Of a stretch of DNA of 64,000 bases, positions 24,546 to 34,783 are shown in pieces. How positions within the stretch are numbered: position 1 is the first letter of the stretch; each line of letters begins with the position of its first letter. The notes below the pieces were generated by a model that saw only the letters and a program-made list of their open reading frames with translations, did not search any database and was not told where the DNA came from. The DNA is from a virus. The translations under genes and the position numbers were made by a program. The stretch lies in IMG/VR virus record IMGVR_UViG_3300042884_001293, positions 1 to 64,000 of that record. The stretch is one strand, 5' to 3'.

Positions 24546-27500
24546 ATGGCTGATGAAAATTATGCAATTAGAGTAAGTTTTGATGGCATCGACAAGGCGA
24601 TCAGTGACATCAAAACTTTGCAATCTGCGATCGGTAATATCAAAGCACCCGTCTTAAATTTGGGCGGCGCGGATGCTTCTAACATAGCTGTCGCTGCACT
24701 AAAAAAACTACAGCTAGAAATAGACGCTTTAGAGAAGAAAAAGTCACAAAGCGGCGCAAATGACGCAACTAGATCGGCTGCTTTTATTTCGCAACTAGAG
24801 AGGCAAAAAGCAGCTAGCGCTGTACGGGTATCAGATGGCGCTGACAAAGAGGCGGCGCGAGTTGCACAAGAATTACTACGTTATAAACAGCAATTAGCAG
24901 CTATAGATGCAAAGCTGATTAATCCTGCTGATATTGCTAACGCTAAAGCTCTAGCGAGTGAGATCAATAAACTTAATCTAGAAAAAATCAAGAAAGGATT
25001 TGACGATGCTAGCCCTGTAACTTTTAATCAGTTCATTGGCGCTACTACCGAGAAAGCGCGAGATTTAGCTGAGCAACTACAAAATACATCGCAGACATTA
25101 GAACGGATTGGTACTACTTTCAATCAAGTTTCTAGTGCTGCTAATCAAGCTTTTTTGGCTTTTGATACTGCCAAAACTAAAGTAGCGACATTATCTACTC
25201 AATCTAACGCTTTTGCTAATACAGCTATCAAGCTATCAAAGGATTTAAACAATCAAGTAACCAGCACCGAAATATTAACAGCACAATACGAAATTCTATC
25301 TAGTGGATTTATTAATGCTGCTGATGCTTCAGAGATTGCCAGAGTATCGGTATTAGGTGCTAAGGCTGGTTTTACTGACACAGCTACGGTAGCTGATGCA
25401 ACTACCTCAATTTTGAATGCCTATGGTTTAGCTGCTAGCGATGCTGCTAAGGTAGTAGACCAATTAGCAGTAGTCCAAGATAAAGGTAAAACTACAATCG
25501 GATTATTTGCTGGTCAGCTTGGTAAAGTTGCGCCAATTGCTGCAAGTGCGGGCGTAACACTAAACGAGTTAAACGCTGCCATAGCAAGCGTTACGATTAA
25601 AGGCGTTAAAACCGAGACTGCGGTTAGTGGTATTAGACAGGCGATTGTCAACTTGGTCAAGCCCACGCAATCCGCACAAAAAGCATTGGAGGCTATTGGG
25701 ATCACTAACGCTGCTACAACGCTTAAAACTGAAGGATTAACAGGTGTACTCAATCGATTAAAAGCGGCTGGCTTAACCACCAGTAGTCAGCTATCTAAAA
25801 TCTTTACAGATATTGATGGTTTAACTGCTGTTGTCCCTTTACTTAACGACGACCTTAAGAACTTTAATGAGAATCTAGTAGCTGTTGGCAATGCTTCGGG
25901 CAAAGCGCAAACTGGTTTTGATGTTGTTGCTAAATCTGCTGAAGGAAAAATAACAACAGCAATCAACAAAATCAATGAAGCTTTAGTAAATTTAGGACGT
26001 GGTACACAAACAGCATTTGCGCCATTAATAGCGGTTGTAGGCGCGGCTGTTGATGTATTCAACCAATTACCCGCACCAATTCAAGTAGGTTTAGGCGCGA
26101 TTATTGGACTAGCTGGCGGTATTGTTACATTAGGTGCGGCTCTTACAGCGATCGGCGCGGCGGCTCCAGCTTTTGTTGGGGGGTTAAAGTTATTTGGTGG
26201 GGCGGCTGGTATTGCAGCTTTTGGTGCTAATGCCCTCACCTTTGCGACTACCCTAGCTAGTAATGCCTTTACACTGCTAACCACTAAAGCGGGATTAGCG
26301 GCGATCGCTCAAGGGGCACTTGCTGTAGGTACGGGAGTGCTAACAGGTGCGCTCACGGCTGCTAGTGTAGCGGCGTATGCACTGACAACGCCATTGGGGT
26401 TAATTGTTATTGCTGCGATTCCACTAATTGCAGTAGGTAAGCAATTATCAGCAGCTTTTAATGTTTCGGAATCGACAAAAAGCTTGCAGGATTACAAGCA
26501 AAAATTAGCAGAATTACAAGCGCTACGCGGTAAGCTAGCGTCACCTGAGCAAGCTACTGACGACGGATTAGGAAGACAAGGCGCAACATTTGATGTTTTT
26601 GGGGCGCAAAGGGGGCGACAAAAAGAAGTAATTGCTTTTGCTGAAAATCAAAAGGAATATACCAAAGCCCTCGACGAATCACTCAACGTATTGAACAAAT
26701 ACGGTGTAGCCATTGACGCTACAGGGGCTAAAAATAGATTAGGTGCCGAAGGAGTAGCGAAATTTAATAAAGAAACCAAGGAGCAGGTTGAAAATATTGA
26801 TTTAGCTATTAATTCCTTGAAAGCGCAAGCTCAAGGCGCTTCTGATAACCCTGCTTTACAAAAACTTCTAAACAATGAGATTGCAATATTCTCCAAACGC
26901 AAAAAACTTTTAGAAGATCGAATTGCTGCGGTAAATAGTACAGCAGCAAAGGAAGCATCAGCGATCGCTGAAGTAACCGATGAACAACGCAAGCAAGCTG
27001 AAAGAATCAGGGAAGCCCAAAACCAAGACGCTGAAAAAAATATCAAGCGATCCTTTGAAGACACCAAAGCCAAGCGCGATCGCGAGAATGCCAATGCAAT
27101 CAAAGCAATTGAAGAAAAAAATGCACTCGCAAAAGGTGAGCTAGATCGCAAGCAAGCGCTAGAAACAGAGGCACTAAAGGAAAAGCAAGCCCTAGCTTTA
27201 CAAGATAAGCAACGCGCATTTGACGACACTCAGAATGCCAAAAAACTACAACTTGAGGATGCTCTTGATGCCAAGAAACGTGCAAACGAGGAGAAACTAA
27301 ACAAACTCAAGCAGGATTTTGATGACAAGCAAAATGCGCTTAAGGAACAGAGAGCAGAAAAGCAACGTAAGGATGACGAGTTGTTTGCAGCGCAACGCGC
27401 TCAACGTGACAAACAAGCGTCTGAGGCTTTGTCAAAAGCTAAGCAATTAATCAGTAATGAAGGCGCGATCGCTACTGCTAGCCCAGAAGATCGGGCTAGG

Positions 27501-28499
27501 ATTGCAGCGCAAATCGAAGAAGAGAATCGCATTAGAGCACAAGCAGCTACCCAAGGTCAGGGCGGGGTACAAAGTCAAGAACAGTTAGTTGCTCAAGCCA
27601 AGCAAATAGCTCAAGTATCCGCGATCGCTACGGGTGAAGAGCAGAAAAAAGTACAACTTGCATTGGACGAACTTGAGAAAGCCAACAAAGCCAAACAAGC
27701 AGAGATTGATAAAGCTGAAGATGCAAAACGCACTGAAGCTAAGAGGGTTAGTGACAAGGCTTTTGAAGCTGAATTAAACGCTGCTAAGTTGGCTTTTGAA
27801 GCTGAGCAAAACACGGCTAAATTGAATTTTGAGAACACTGTACTCAGAACCGAAAAGCAGAAGATCGAAGCCGAATTGCAAGCTAGCAAATTAGCTTTCG
27901 AGAGAGGTGAACTTGCAGCAATTAAAAAGCAGCAAGCCGATGAAGAACGTGCTTTAAAACTACAGCAAACCAACGAGGACTTAGCACTCAGGAAAGCTGC
28001 TGATGCTGAGCTAGAGACGATTAAGTTAGCTCAAAAAGAGAAAGAGCTAGCGCTTGATCGGGCGTTTGAGGATCAGAAAATCGAACGCGAGAGAGTATTT
28101 AAAGAGCAACAAAGGGCGCTAGATAAAGCCAGTGCAATTGAGATACAACAAATCCTTGGTAAGTCTGCACAGCAAATTATTGATGCGATCGCTATCACTA
28201 AAGGCGGTACATCACTTAGCGCCGCTACTGGTGTTGGCGCTCCTAAAGTCCCAGCTTTTGCGAGTGGTGTTACAAACTTCCGCGGCGGTATGGCATTGGT
28301 AGGAGAACGAGGTGCTGAGCTTGTGACATTGCCTAGAGGCTCTAATGTCCTACCTGCAAATCAAACCAAGAACGTATTGAACAATTCAGGTGGCAACAAA
28401 ACCTATAACGTAAACGTGACGACTGGCAGTGGCAATGCTACAGAGATCGCTTTGCAAATTCAGAGGGAGATGGCACGATCGGCGGCGTTGAGTATGTAG
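24546..28499 (+). CDS. tape measure protein
   Basis: About 1317 aa from the ATG at 24546. Long A/K/E/Q coiled coils, a central glycine/alanine-rich hydrophobic segment (GLGAIIGLAGGIVTLGAALTAIGAAAPAFVGG...), and a position after the chaperones. Confidence 0.9.
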   Translation: MADENYAIRVSFDGIDKAISDIKTLQSAIGNIKAPVLNLGGADASNIAVAALKKLQLEIDALEKKKSQSGANDATRSAAFISQLERQKAASAVRVSDGADKEAARVAQELLRYKQQLAAIDAKLINPADIANAKALASEINKLNLEKIKKGFDDASPVTFNQFIGATTEKARDLAEQLQNTSQTLERIGTTFNQVSSAANQAFLAFDTAKTKVATLSTQSNAFANTAIKLSKDLNNQVTSTEILTAQYEILSSGFINAADASEIARVSVLGAKAGFTDTATVADATTSILNAYGLAASDAAKVVDQLAVVQDKGKTTIGLFAGQLGKVAPIAASAGVTLNELNAAIASVTIKGVKTETAVSGIRQAIVNLVKPTQSAQKALEAIGITNAATTLKTEGLTGVLNRLKAAGLTTSSQLSKIFTDIDGLTAVVPLLNDDLKNFNENLVAVGNASGKAQTGFDVVAKSAEGKITTAINKINEALVNLGRGTQTAFAPLIAVVGAAVDVFNQLPAPIQVGLGAIIGLAGGIVTLGAALTAIGAAAPAFVGGLKLFGGAAGIAAFGANALTFATTLASNAFTLLTTKAGLAAIAQGALAVGTGVLTGALTAASVAAYALTTPLGLIVIAAIPLIAVGKQLSAAFNVSESTKSLQDYKQKLAELQALRGKLASPEQATDDGLGRQGATFDVFGAQRGRQKEVIAFAENQKEYTKALDESLNVLNKYGVAIDATGAKNRLGAEGVAKFNKETKEQVENIDLAINSLKAQAQGASDNPALQKLLNNEIAIFSKRKKLLEDRIAAVNSTAAKEASAIAEVTDEQRKQAERIREAQNQDAEKNIKRSFEDTKAKRDRENANAIKAIEEKNALAKGELDRKQALETEALKEKQALALQDKQRAFDDTQNAKKLQLEDALDAKKRANEEKLNKLKQDFDDKQNALKEQRAEKQRKDDELFAAQRAQRDKQASEALSKAKQLISNEGAIATASPEDRARIAAQIEEENRIRAQAATQGQGGVQSQEQLVAQAKQIAQVSAIATGEEQKKVQLALDELEKANKAKQAEIDKAEDAKRTEAKRVSDKAFEAELNAAKLAFEAEQNTAKLNFENTVLRTEKQKIEAELQASKLAFERGELAAIKKQQADEERALKLQQTNEDLALRKAADAELETIKLAQKEKELALDRAFEDQKIERERVFKEQQRALDKASAIEIQQILGKSAQQIIDAIAITKGGTSLSAATGVGAPKVPAFASGVTNFRGGMALVGERGAELVTLPRGSNVLPANQTKNVLNNSGGNKTYNVNVTTGSGNATEIALQIQREMARSAALSM

Positions 28500-28501
28500 A
28501 A

Positions 28502-28984
28502 TTAGCCGCCACTACAAATCTTGAATACGGTTGTAATAGAAACATTGTAATCACTGGCTATGGTTCTATGTATCTCATTGTTAGATCGGCGTGTTTTAAT
28601 GTCATCTATATCAGATTCTGTCAGCTTATAATGTCTTGCGTGTTGTATTGGAGGCGCATCGTTGTTTACATAAGCAAGATTTGAAGCATGATCGTTTAAC
28701 TTGTTTCCATCAAGATGAATTAGTTTAGGTAAATTATCAGGGTTGCTAACAAAAGCTTGTGCAACTAAAAACGAAATCAAATGATGCTCACGCTTCTCCC
28801 CCGCCAACAGTATCACTGCATAAGCCTTACAACCTTTATTGTAAACAGGCTTTCTAATGGATTCTTGGATTGTGCGTGTAGAGCCATTTTTTGATGCCAC
28901 TTGCCGCTCTACACTTTTTATCCGACCATAGTTTGATACTTGATAATGCCCTTCAAAACCTTTGATATCAGTCCAAACTTCCAT
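28502..28984 (-). CDS. HNH homing endonuclease (NUMOD4 + HNH_3)
   Basis: 'EVWTDIKGFEGHYQVSNYGRIKSVER' (NUMOD4) and 'IHLDGNKLNDHASNLAYV' (HNH). Confidence 0.85.
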   Translation of the reverse strand: MEVWTDIKGFEGHYQVSNYGRIKSVERQVASKNGSTRTIQESIRKPVYNKGCKAYAVILLAGEKREHHLISFLVAQAFVSNPDNLPKLIHLDGNKLNDHASNLAYVNNDAPPIQHARHYKLTESDIDDIKTRRSNNEIHRTIASDYNVSITTVFKICSGG

Positions 28985-29001
28985 ACGGTTTTAATGAAAA
29001 T

Positions 29002-29031
29002 GAATTATGTGATAATAATATCACATAATTC
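29002..29031. promoter_or_regulatory. perfect 12-bp inverted repeat upstream of the HNH gene
   Basis: GAATTATGTGAT-AATAAT-ATCACATAATTC, 18-47 nt upstream of the HNH start. Confidence 0.4.
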
Positions 29032-29076
29032 AGTCGAAAGAAGCATTAATTAAATCTATGGCGCTGAGTATGTAAA

Positions 29077-29277
29077 CTAATCATTAAAGAGATCTGAGAG
29101 ATCTATAACTTTTCCTAATCTATTCAAACAACCTTTGCGACCTCGACTGATAGCGATCTGGCAACACCTTGTATAATGCAAATCCTTATTAGATACAGAT
29201 ATATGCCGATTGCGGTCGGCAGACAGAGATATATTACCGTTAGTTTCTTGAGCGCCGCAAATATCGCAAACTTGCAT
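29077..29277 (-). CDS. hypothetical small Cys-rich protein
   Basis: ORF track (MQVCDICGAQ...). No RBS, and it competes with the overlapping ORF 29124-29399. Confidence 0.25.
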   Translation of the reverse strand: MQVCDICGAQETNGNISLSADRNRHISVSNKDLHYTRCCQIAISRGRKGCLNRLGKVIDLSDLFND

Positions 29278-29344
29278 AATCTTGTTTTGATAGGTTGGTT
29301 AATTATTGCAAGTATTTCGCAGGTTTTTGTATAGGAAATTACGC

Positions 29345-29384
29345 AACAAAAAGCCGACCAACAAGCGATCGGCTTTTTTGTTGC
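29345..29384. terminator. bidirectional hairpin terminator
   Basis: CAACAAAAAGCCGA-(loop)-TCGGCTTTTTTGTTG. Confidence 0.6.
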
Positions 29385-29438
29385 AAGGGGCTGACTCAAC
29401 GCTAATAATAGGGTTTAACCTTGCCTTGTGATTTTAGC

Positions 29439-30113
29439 TTAGGCGGCTGTATATTTTATTCTGTCTATCATGGGCAAAGAATTGTAGCGATCCTGATAAA
29501 CAGGGCTTTGAGGGAAATAAAAATACAATTCATTCTCAAAAAGTTTTTCAACTTCTTGCCTATAATTTCCCATAAAGTCTTGCAATTTATAGCTAATCCA
29601 TCCGTATTTAAAGCCCTTGCTTTGTTGTATTAAGGTTAAGCGATCTTTCTCAGTTAAAATCCTTTTGTTTACGGTTTCAACCTTGCTTTTAATTTCACTA
29701 GGGATTTCATTACCTCTAATATAAAATTTTGACAAAGAAATGCTTGCAAAGGCTTGACCACTTGGAGAATAAGTGGATTGAGGCGAATCAATAAACGATA
29801 ATCCACCATGATAAAATCCGCCATAAAATCTTTGATGTGGAATATTTTTATAAACATCAAAATGATGATCATCTTGCAAATAGCCGCTATGCCATAAACG
29901 CCCTAAATTTTTAGCGGTTATAAAACTACAATGATTTTCGAGTACTGAATAAAAATCAGTACATGAATCTTCACAGCCATGATGATGGACAATAAAATCG
30001 GTTAACCCTAATATACCAACGGGGAGTATATCATCAGCTATAGTTATACGCAAAAGAGAAGAGATATCTTTAGCGTAAACAGGTAAAGATATCGTTTTAG
30101 TTTTTATCAACAT
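29439..30113 (-). CDS. hypothetical protein
   Basis: 224 aa; no family recognised. Confidence 0.55.
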   Translation of the reverse strand: MLIKTKTISLPVYAKDISSLLRITIADDILPVGILGLTDFIVHHHGCEDSCTDFYSVLENHCSFITAKNLGRLWHSGYLQDDHHFDVYKNIPHQRFYGGFYHGGLSFIDSPQSTYSPSGQAFASISLSKFYIRGNEIPSEIKSKVETVNKRILTEKDRLTLIQQSKGFKYGWISYKLQDFMGNYRQEVEKLFENELYFYFPQSPVYQDRYNSLPMIDRIKYTAA

Positions 30114-30378
30114 CCCAATCCTCAGTTTTAATCACATCAACAATCGCACCAAAGCCAGCCATGACATCAACAAAATTACTTTCTGGAGTCCAGAAAACAC
30201 GTTTTTCATGGCAATGCAAGCACCATTTACCGCCGATCCTTTTCCTATACCATTGCTGATTAAAAAGAAATTGCTCCCAAACGCATTGGAAATCTTGAGA
30301 GATGCGAAACCATAGCAGGGCTAAAATCTCGCTGTATTTAGAGTCGAAGATAGAAAATTCTTGTGTATTGTTACTCAT
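30097..30378 (-). CDS. hypothetical protein
   Basis: ORF track; overlaps the downstream start. Confidence 0.5.
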   Translation of the reverse strand: MSNNTQEFSIFDSKYSEILALLWFRISQDFQCVWEQFLFNQQWYRKRIGGKWCLHCHEKRVFWTPESNFVDVMAGFGAIVDVIKTEDWDVDKN

Positions 30379-30398
30379 GTTTACTCCTTAATATTTAC

Positions 30399-30548
30399 TC
30401 AATCCCGAATCAACCGCCCCTCTAACTCAGGATAATACTCACGGATCAAGCGCTTGGTTAATGCGCTCGTATCGATAGGGAACGGGTTGCACACTTTGGG
30501 TTTTGGGCTTGCCCTTGGTACGCATTTGGTGATGTCAAATTGCTCCAT
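30399..30548 (-). CDS. hypothetical small protein
   Basis: Internal ATG at 30548 abuts the stop of 30550-30981. Confidence 0.3.
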   Translation of the reverse strand: MEQFDITKCVPRASPKPKVCNPFPIDTSALTKRLIREYYPELEGRLIRD

Positions 30549-30549
30549 A

Positions 30550-30981
30550 CTATTCACCAATCCATTTTTGGCGATTACTGTCATTGACCAATCGCTCTTG
30601 AAATTTCTTGTTACGGGTTAGCTCGTAAGCATAAAGTGCGATATGCGCTTTATGCAAATTGCTATACAAACTTAGTTCTTCGATTTCATCTTCGATCATT
30701 GATTTAAAAGATTGAGAAAGTTCTTTTTCTGATTTTTCTTCATCCAAATAAGGGATAAGAAATTTTAGATCTGGCTGGTTGGCAGCAAATAATACTAAAG
30801 CTTGAAGGATTTCTATAGACTCAGGGTTATTCCCTCGCTCATTTCTAAAGCTTGCGACTTTACTCGCAGCTTTTTTTGACTCAAGCCAAATTGCTTGTAT
30901 GCCAAACTCTCCTTGCAAAGCCTCCTTTCTTAGACTGTCTAAGAAAGATTTAAAATCTTGTTCGTCTTTAGGTGTATCCAT
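30550..30981 (-). CDS. hypothetical protein
   Basis: ORF track. Confidence 0.5.
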   Translation of the reverse strand: MDTPKDEQDFKSFLDSLRKEALQGEFGIQAIWLESKKAASKVASFRNERGNNPESIEILQALVLFAANQPDLKFLIPYLDEEKSEKELSQSFKSMIEDEIEELSLYSNLHKAHIALYAYELTRNKKFQERLVNDSNRQKWIGE

Positions 30982-31079
30982 TTTTCTCCTTTGATTTATA
31001 TTAATGCTGATTGTTCGTCCTTCTCAACTCAGGCAACAAATTGATCGCAGTGTCATAAGCCATCTGTACATTATCAATG

Positions 31080-31718
31080 TTATTCACCATTAATATTGCA
31101 AGCTTTAGCAGCACAGAAATACATAGAATCAGAATATTTTGCAGCTTCTGAATGCTCAGCAATATATGCAGATTCGTGATAATCGCCATAGCCAAGAACA
31201 AGAGTTATTTCAAATTCTTTAGCGCCTGTAATTTCTGCCCAGTCGCAAAACTCAGAAAGGTGTCTAATATATTGGCTTGTAGTTTCGATATCAAATTGAG
31301 CATGAGATTTGTCCTCATGACTAAAGCTCAAATAGGTAAGCTCATCAACAGCACTAAGGAATGCGTCAACTACAGCGTCTTTAGCCAGTTTCAGGACTTG
31401 GTAATCATCTTTGGTTAACTCTAGCTGATGAATAGGACGGGGGAACCTATAGAACTTGTCACCAATAATGCAAACTTTAATTTCAAGCCCAGAGATGTTA
31501 TTTTCAATTTGATACTTTTGAACTTGATCGCGAAACTCATGATAACAACCAACCTCAAATAATCTTTGCGCCCCCAAAATAGAGCCTAGTGGTGTTTGCT
31601 TTGCAATTTCATCGGCATTATCAGGCATAGGGAATGTGCCCTGACCTTTGACGCAAGCCATTCTCTCTATTTCTAGAATTTTAGTTAGCTCTTCAGTTGT
31701 GTAAACTTTGTCAAACAT
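31080..31718 (-). CDS. hypothetical protein
   Basis: 212 aa; 2-nt gap to the antirepressor gene. Confidence 0.55.
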   Translation of the reverse strand: MFDKVYTTEELTKILEIERMACVKGQGTFPMPDNADEIAKQTPLGSILGAQRLFEVGCYHEFRDQVQKYQIENNISGLEIKVCIIGDKFYRFPRPIHQLELTKDDYQVLKLAKDAVVDAFLSAVDELTYLSFSHEDKSHAQFDIETTSQYIRHLSEFCDWAEITGAKEFEITLVLGYGDYHESAYIAEHSEAAKYSDSMYFCAAKACNINGE

Positions 31719-31720
31719 AA

Positions 31721-32581
31721 CTAAGCCCTCTTCATCGCTACGATTTTGTCAGAATCAAAGTTAAATCGATACTGCTTATCCCTTGGGATAACTTGATGTT
31801 TACGCAATAGGTCAAGAATGCGATCCAATCCCTTCCAAGAGAATACAGGGCTAAATCTCATGCGTCCATCAAAACATTGACCATCACGAATCGTAGCAAG
31901 CCCTTCATTTTGCCAACTGGCATAAGGTAAATTAGTGCCATCGCTATTAAATAGTACTTTCTCCTTACGCAAAATGTCGTAAAGCTTGCGAACAGAAAAC
32001 TTGGAAATATTCAACTGCTTAACAATCTCTTCCCCAGTCATCCATCCATCGGTAGCCAAAATCAAATCATAGCGATCGACTTTTGGTTCTAAAGTCTGTA
32101 CTTCGATTTCTAGGGATTGATTGGCGGCGATCAATTTCTGGTTAGCTTCAGCAAGTACCTTTTTATCTTTCTCAGATTGTAGATGTGCCTCTAGAGCCTC
32201 AATATAGTTTTGAGGTAGTGCGGGTTGAGATGGGGCTAACTCATACTTGCCAGTTTTGCGGATGATTGGCAAGATTTGCTCACATACCCAATCCTGAAAA
32301 GGTTCAGCTTGAGGTTTGCGAGATTTCATGGTTAAGCGGTACAAACCAGACTCTGAAACCGCTAAAAGCCTTGTGGTGTCTGGATCATCACTTGAAGTTA
32401 TACCCATCTCATGCAAATTTAAAACTTGCTTTTCGCGATCTTTTAATGGGTTACAAGCCTTGCTGACATTCCTTATATCTAAAATGTCACATACGTCCTG
32501 AGCGACAAACCAAGGCTCGTTATTAATGGAAACAATACGAACCTGTTGAGAATTAAATGCAAATTGAGTTAAACTTGTCAT
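31721..32581 (-). CDS. antirepressor (Bro-N domain + KilAC-like C-terminus)
   Basis: 'FAFNSQQVRIVSINNEPWFVAQDVCDILDIRNVSKA' is a Bro-N signature. The C-terminal HTH-like segment is 'MTGEEIVKQLNISKFSVRKLYDILRKEKVL'. Confidence 0.75.
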   Translation of the reverse strand: MTSLTQFAFNSQQVRIVSINNEPWFVAQDVCDILDIRNVSKACNPLKDREKQVLNLHEMGITSSDDPDTTRLLAVSESGLYRLTMKSRKPQAEPFQDWVCEQILPIIRKTGKYELAPSQPALPQNYIEALEAHLQSEKDKKVLAEANQKLIAANQSLEIEVQTLEPKVDRYDLILATDGWMTGEEIVKQLNISKFSVRKLYDILRKEKVLFNSDGTNLPYASWQNEGLATIRDGQCFDGRMRFSPVFSWKGLDRILDLLRKHQVIPRDKQYRFNFDSDKIVAMKRA

Positions 32582-32642
32582 ATTGACCTGCGATTAATGG
32601 ATAAGGTTGATCACGCGATCGGGACTAGCATCCGCGATCGCA

Positions 32643-32855
32643 TTAATATTTTACTACTTTTTTAGCTCTTGATTCCGCTTGCTTCAGTCGCATGTATAGC
32701 TTGCCATCATCCGTTTTAAGCCAACAGGCGCGGCAAATAGTGAGAGGTGAATCTGATCTGAGTTGGCGATCGCATTGCGTACAGTAGTAGCGGAGTTTGT
32801 CTGCTGTACGCCTTAGATATGCGGCGCGATCTATTTCGGCGCGTGATTTAGGCAT
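32643..32855 (-). CDS. zinc-ribbon protein
   Basis: Internal ATG at 32855 gives MPKSRAEIDRAAYLRRT...CTQCDRQ...CRAC. Confidence 0.4.
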   Translation of the reverse strand: MPKSRAEIDRAAYLRRTADKLRYYCTQCDRQLRSDSPLTICRACWLKTDDGKLYMRLKQAESRAKKVVKY

Positions 32856-33243
32856 TTTTATTAGTAAAAACATTTTCGTATTCACGTTTGAGAATATGCG
32901 GAAACATATTTTTATAGGCATATTCAGCACTTGCACTTGGATTCTTTGCAATGAGTTCTTTTCTCATGCGATGAATATCTTCCCAACTTAGATCATCATC
33001 GTCATCATCGTCATCATCGTATGATTGATCTGTAATCTTTTCTAACTCAATAGCAGCAATCTTTTTTGCTTGTTTCTCCGCAAAATCTTGAGCGTCATAT
33101 TTTGATTTAAACGAGTTATCTTCAAAATCTGTAGATGGGATGTTATTGGTATAAATAAACCAGTTCCCATCATCAGACTCAATATAAACGTGTATAGAGT
33201 CATTGATTTTGGCATGTACTGAGCTAATCCATTTAATAGTCAT
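32848..33243 (-). CDS. hypothetical acidic protein with poly-Asp tract
   Basis: 131 aa; D9 run encoded at 32998-33026. Confidence 0.5.
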   Translation of the reverse strand: MTIKWISSVHAKINDSIHVYIESDDGNWFIYTNNIPSTDFEDNSFKSKYDAQDFAEKQAKKIAAIELEKITDQSYDDDDDDDDDLSWEDIHRMRKELIAKNPSASAEYAYKNMFPHILKREYENVFTNKNA

Positions 33244-33316
33244 TGTGTTTTTCCTTGTTTAGTTGATGTGTAGAAAGGGGCGCTACTCCCTTATGTGCGC
33301 TTAACGCGCTTAGTGA

Positions 33317-33775
33317 TTAAACGGCTTGCATAAACCAGTCTTCACCTAGTTCATAAAGCCAGTCAGTAGCGGCACTCAATTCAAACTTAATTGCGTTGGC
33401 GATCGCGCCGTAGATAAATGTTGTACCGAATACTTGAGTGATTGCTTCGCCTTGGTCATTAGCGACAATGTAGCCAGTGATTGTGTCTTCTACGGCTTCG
33501 CTCTTAGCGATTTCATCTTGGCAGTGTTCAAAGTATTCTGCGAAGTCTTCAGCAAATGCTTTTGCTTCGGTCAATGTTTTAAATCCGTTAGCAGGGTGAT
33601 TGTCCATGTCATCTGAATTATGGTCTTCTGCGAAAACGTTCCAGCGATTATCGTCTTTGGTGATTGAGATAATGTAGCCTTGGTCATCAGTGGGGCTTAT
33701 TGCGTTCATTTCGTAGTAGCATCCGTTCTTAACCCAGTGTCCGCGCCCTTCAGATGTCTTGTAAGTAGTAGCCAT
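33317..33775 (-). CDS. hypothetical protein
   Basis: The ATG at 33775 lies downstream of the promoter B copy; the ORF-track start at 33826 would lie inside the promoter. Confidence 0.5.
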   Translation of the reverse strand: MATTYKTSEGRGHWVKNGCYYEMNAISPTDDQGYIISITKDDNRWNVFAEDHNSDDMDNHPANGFKTLTEAKAFAEDFAEYFEHCQDEIAKSEAVEDTITGYIVANDQGEAITQVFGTTFIYGAIANAIKFELSAATDWLYELGEDWFMQAV

Positions 33776-33785
33776 TGCCTTTGCC

Positions 33786-33850
33786 CTCTGTGTTTTTCGG
33801 TATAACCTATTATTGATCGATACCATGTATTTGTCAACTACTATTTACAA
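33786..33850 (-). promoter_or_regulatory. promoter family B, copy b
   Basis: The reverse complement reads TAGTAGTTGACAAATACATGGTATCGATCAATAATAGGTTATACC. It shares TTGACAAA and TCGATCAATAATAGGTTAT with copies a and c. Confidence 0.55.
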
Positions 33851-34051
33851 CTAATTTAGGTGCAAAAAAAAAGACGACCTCGCGATCGCCTTCAAATTCT
33901 CAAAAAATCATTAACAAATCCACAAATCAAAAATAATCGGCTTTTCGGTTCTCCTTAGCTCTTTAGAATCTAGATCAATCGAAATTTAACGCAATCAAAA
34001 TGTAGCATAGATTGATGTGCGATAATTAGCACAATAATCCCCTGACTCACA

Positions 34052-34783
34052 ATGGCGATCGGCGATCTCACACTCGTATATTTTGGGCGTAGCTACACAT
34101 TTACTTTTTCAGGTAGCGCCATAACTCCTTTACTGCAAGTATTTGCGGTTGATGATGTTGTGCGGTTTACCACTACAGGCACATTGCCAACGGGACTAGC
34201 ATTAAATACTAGCTATTATGTGGTCAGTGTAGGCTCGACTATTACCGTATCAGCTACGCAGGGGGGATCAGCTATAAGTCTTAGCGGTGGAAGTGGTACG
34301 CACTCGATCCGCGTTTATCTGAGTGTTGTATTCAGGAATTTTAGTTCTGATTCTCCCCCGCCCCGCCAAAGTTCTCGGTTATCAGGAAATGGGACTTTTA
34401 GCGTAAACGGAAATTTCATCGATACGGGCATTAGTTTTGAAGATCCGCAACAATACAATATTCAAGCAAAAGTTAGTATCGCTGATTCACTAAAGTTAAG
34501 CGCAATGTGGTCTACAGCTAATAATATACGGCGTGCTCAGACTCTAACAGGTTCGCCATACTTAGAGTTGACTGACGAAATCACACTGTATTTTGAAGAG
34601 GGGAAAACATCGTCAACTAAAACCCGTTCATCTGTTGGCATTCCCTTCCAGCGAAACGGCGGGGTAAATTATTACCCTAAGTTACAGGTAAAAATGCCTA
34701 TTGAGCCAACGTTTAGCCCTGATACGGGGGTTGGTAATATTACCGCGATCGTTGAGTTGCAAGAGACGGGGGTTAAGATCTAA
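34052..34783 (+). CDS. putative minor/distal tail protein
   Basis: First plus-strand gene after the tape measure once the antisense island is discounted. ATGA-coupled to the 680-aa tail protein. Confidence 0.4.
   Translation: MAIGDLTLVYFGRSYTFTFSGSAITPLLQVFAVDDVVRFTTTGTLPTGLALNTSYYVVSVGSTITVSATQGGSAISLSGGSGTHSIRVYLSVVFRNFSSDSPPPRQSSRLSGNGTFSVNGNFIDTGISFEDPQQYNIQAKVSIADSLKLSAMWSTANNIRRAQTLTGSPYLELTDEITLYFEEGKTSSTKTRSSVGIPFQRNGGVNYYPKLQVKMPIEPTFSPDTGVGNITAIVELQETGVKI

Noticed and set aside
24560-27973. Multiple antisense ORFs inside the tape measure gene (24560-24847, 25514-25780, 25787-26062, 26081-26284, 26831-27229, 27100-27285, 27611-27973).
   Set aside because: Their Ala/Ser/Cys-rich translations are the mirror of the A/K/E/Q-rich coiled-coil coding strand. 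They are shadow ORFs with no start context.
31001-31201. 66-aa ORF overlapping the 3' end of 31080-31718.
   Set aside because: It overlaps a longer co-directional gene in another frame and has a hydrophobic low-complexity sequence. At most the last 29 codons (from the ATG near 31090) could be real, and I cannot support that.
32998-33026. GAT/GAC codon repeat (poly-Asp D9) as a possible microsatellite or regulatory repeat.
   Set aside because: It is in frame inside a plausible acidic protein, so it is a simple low-complexity coding tract.
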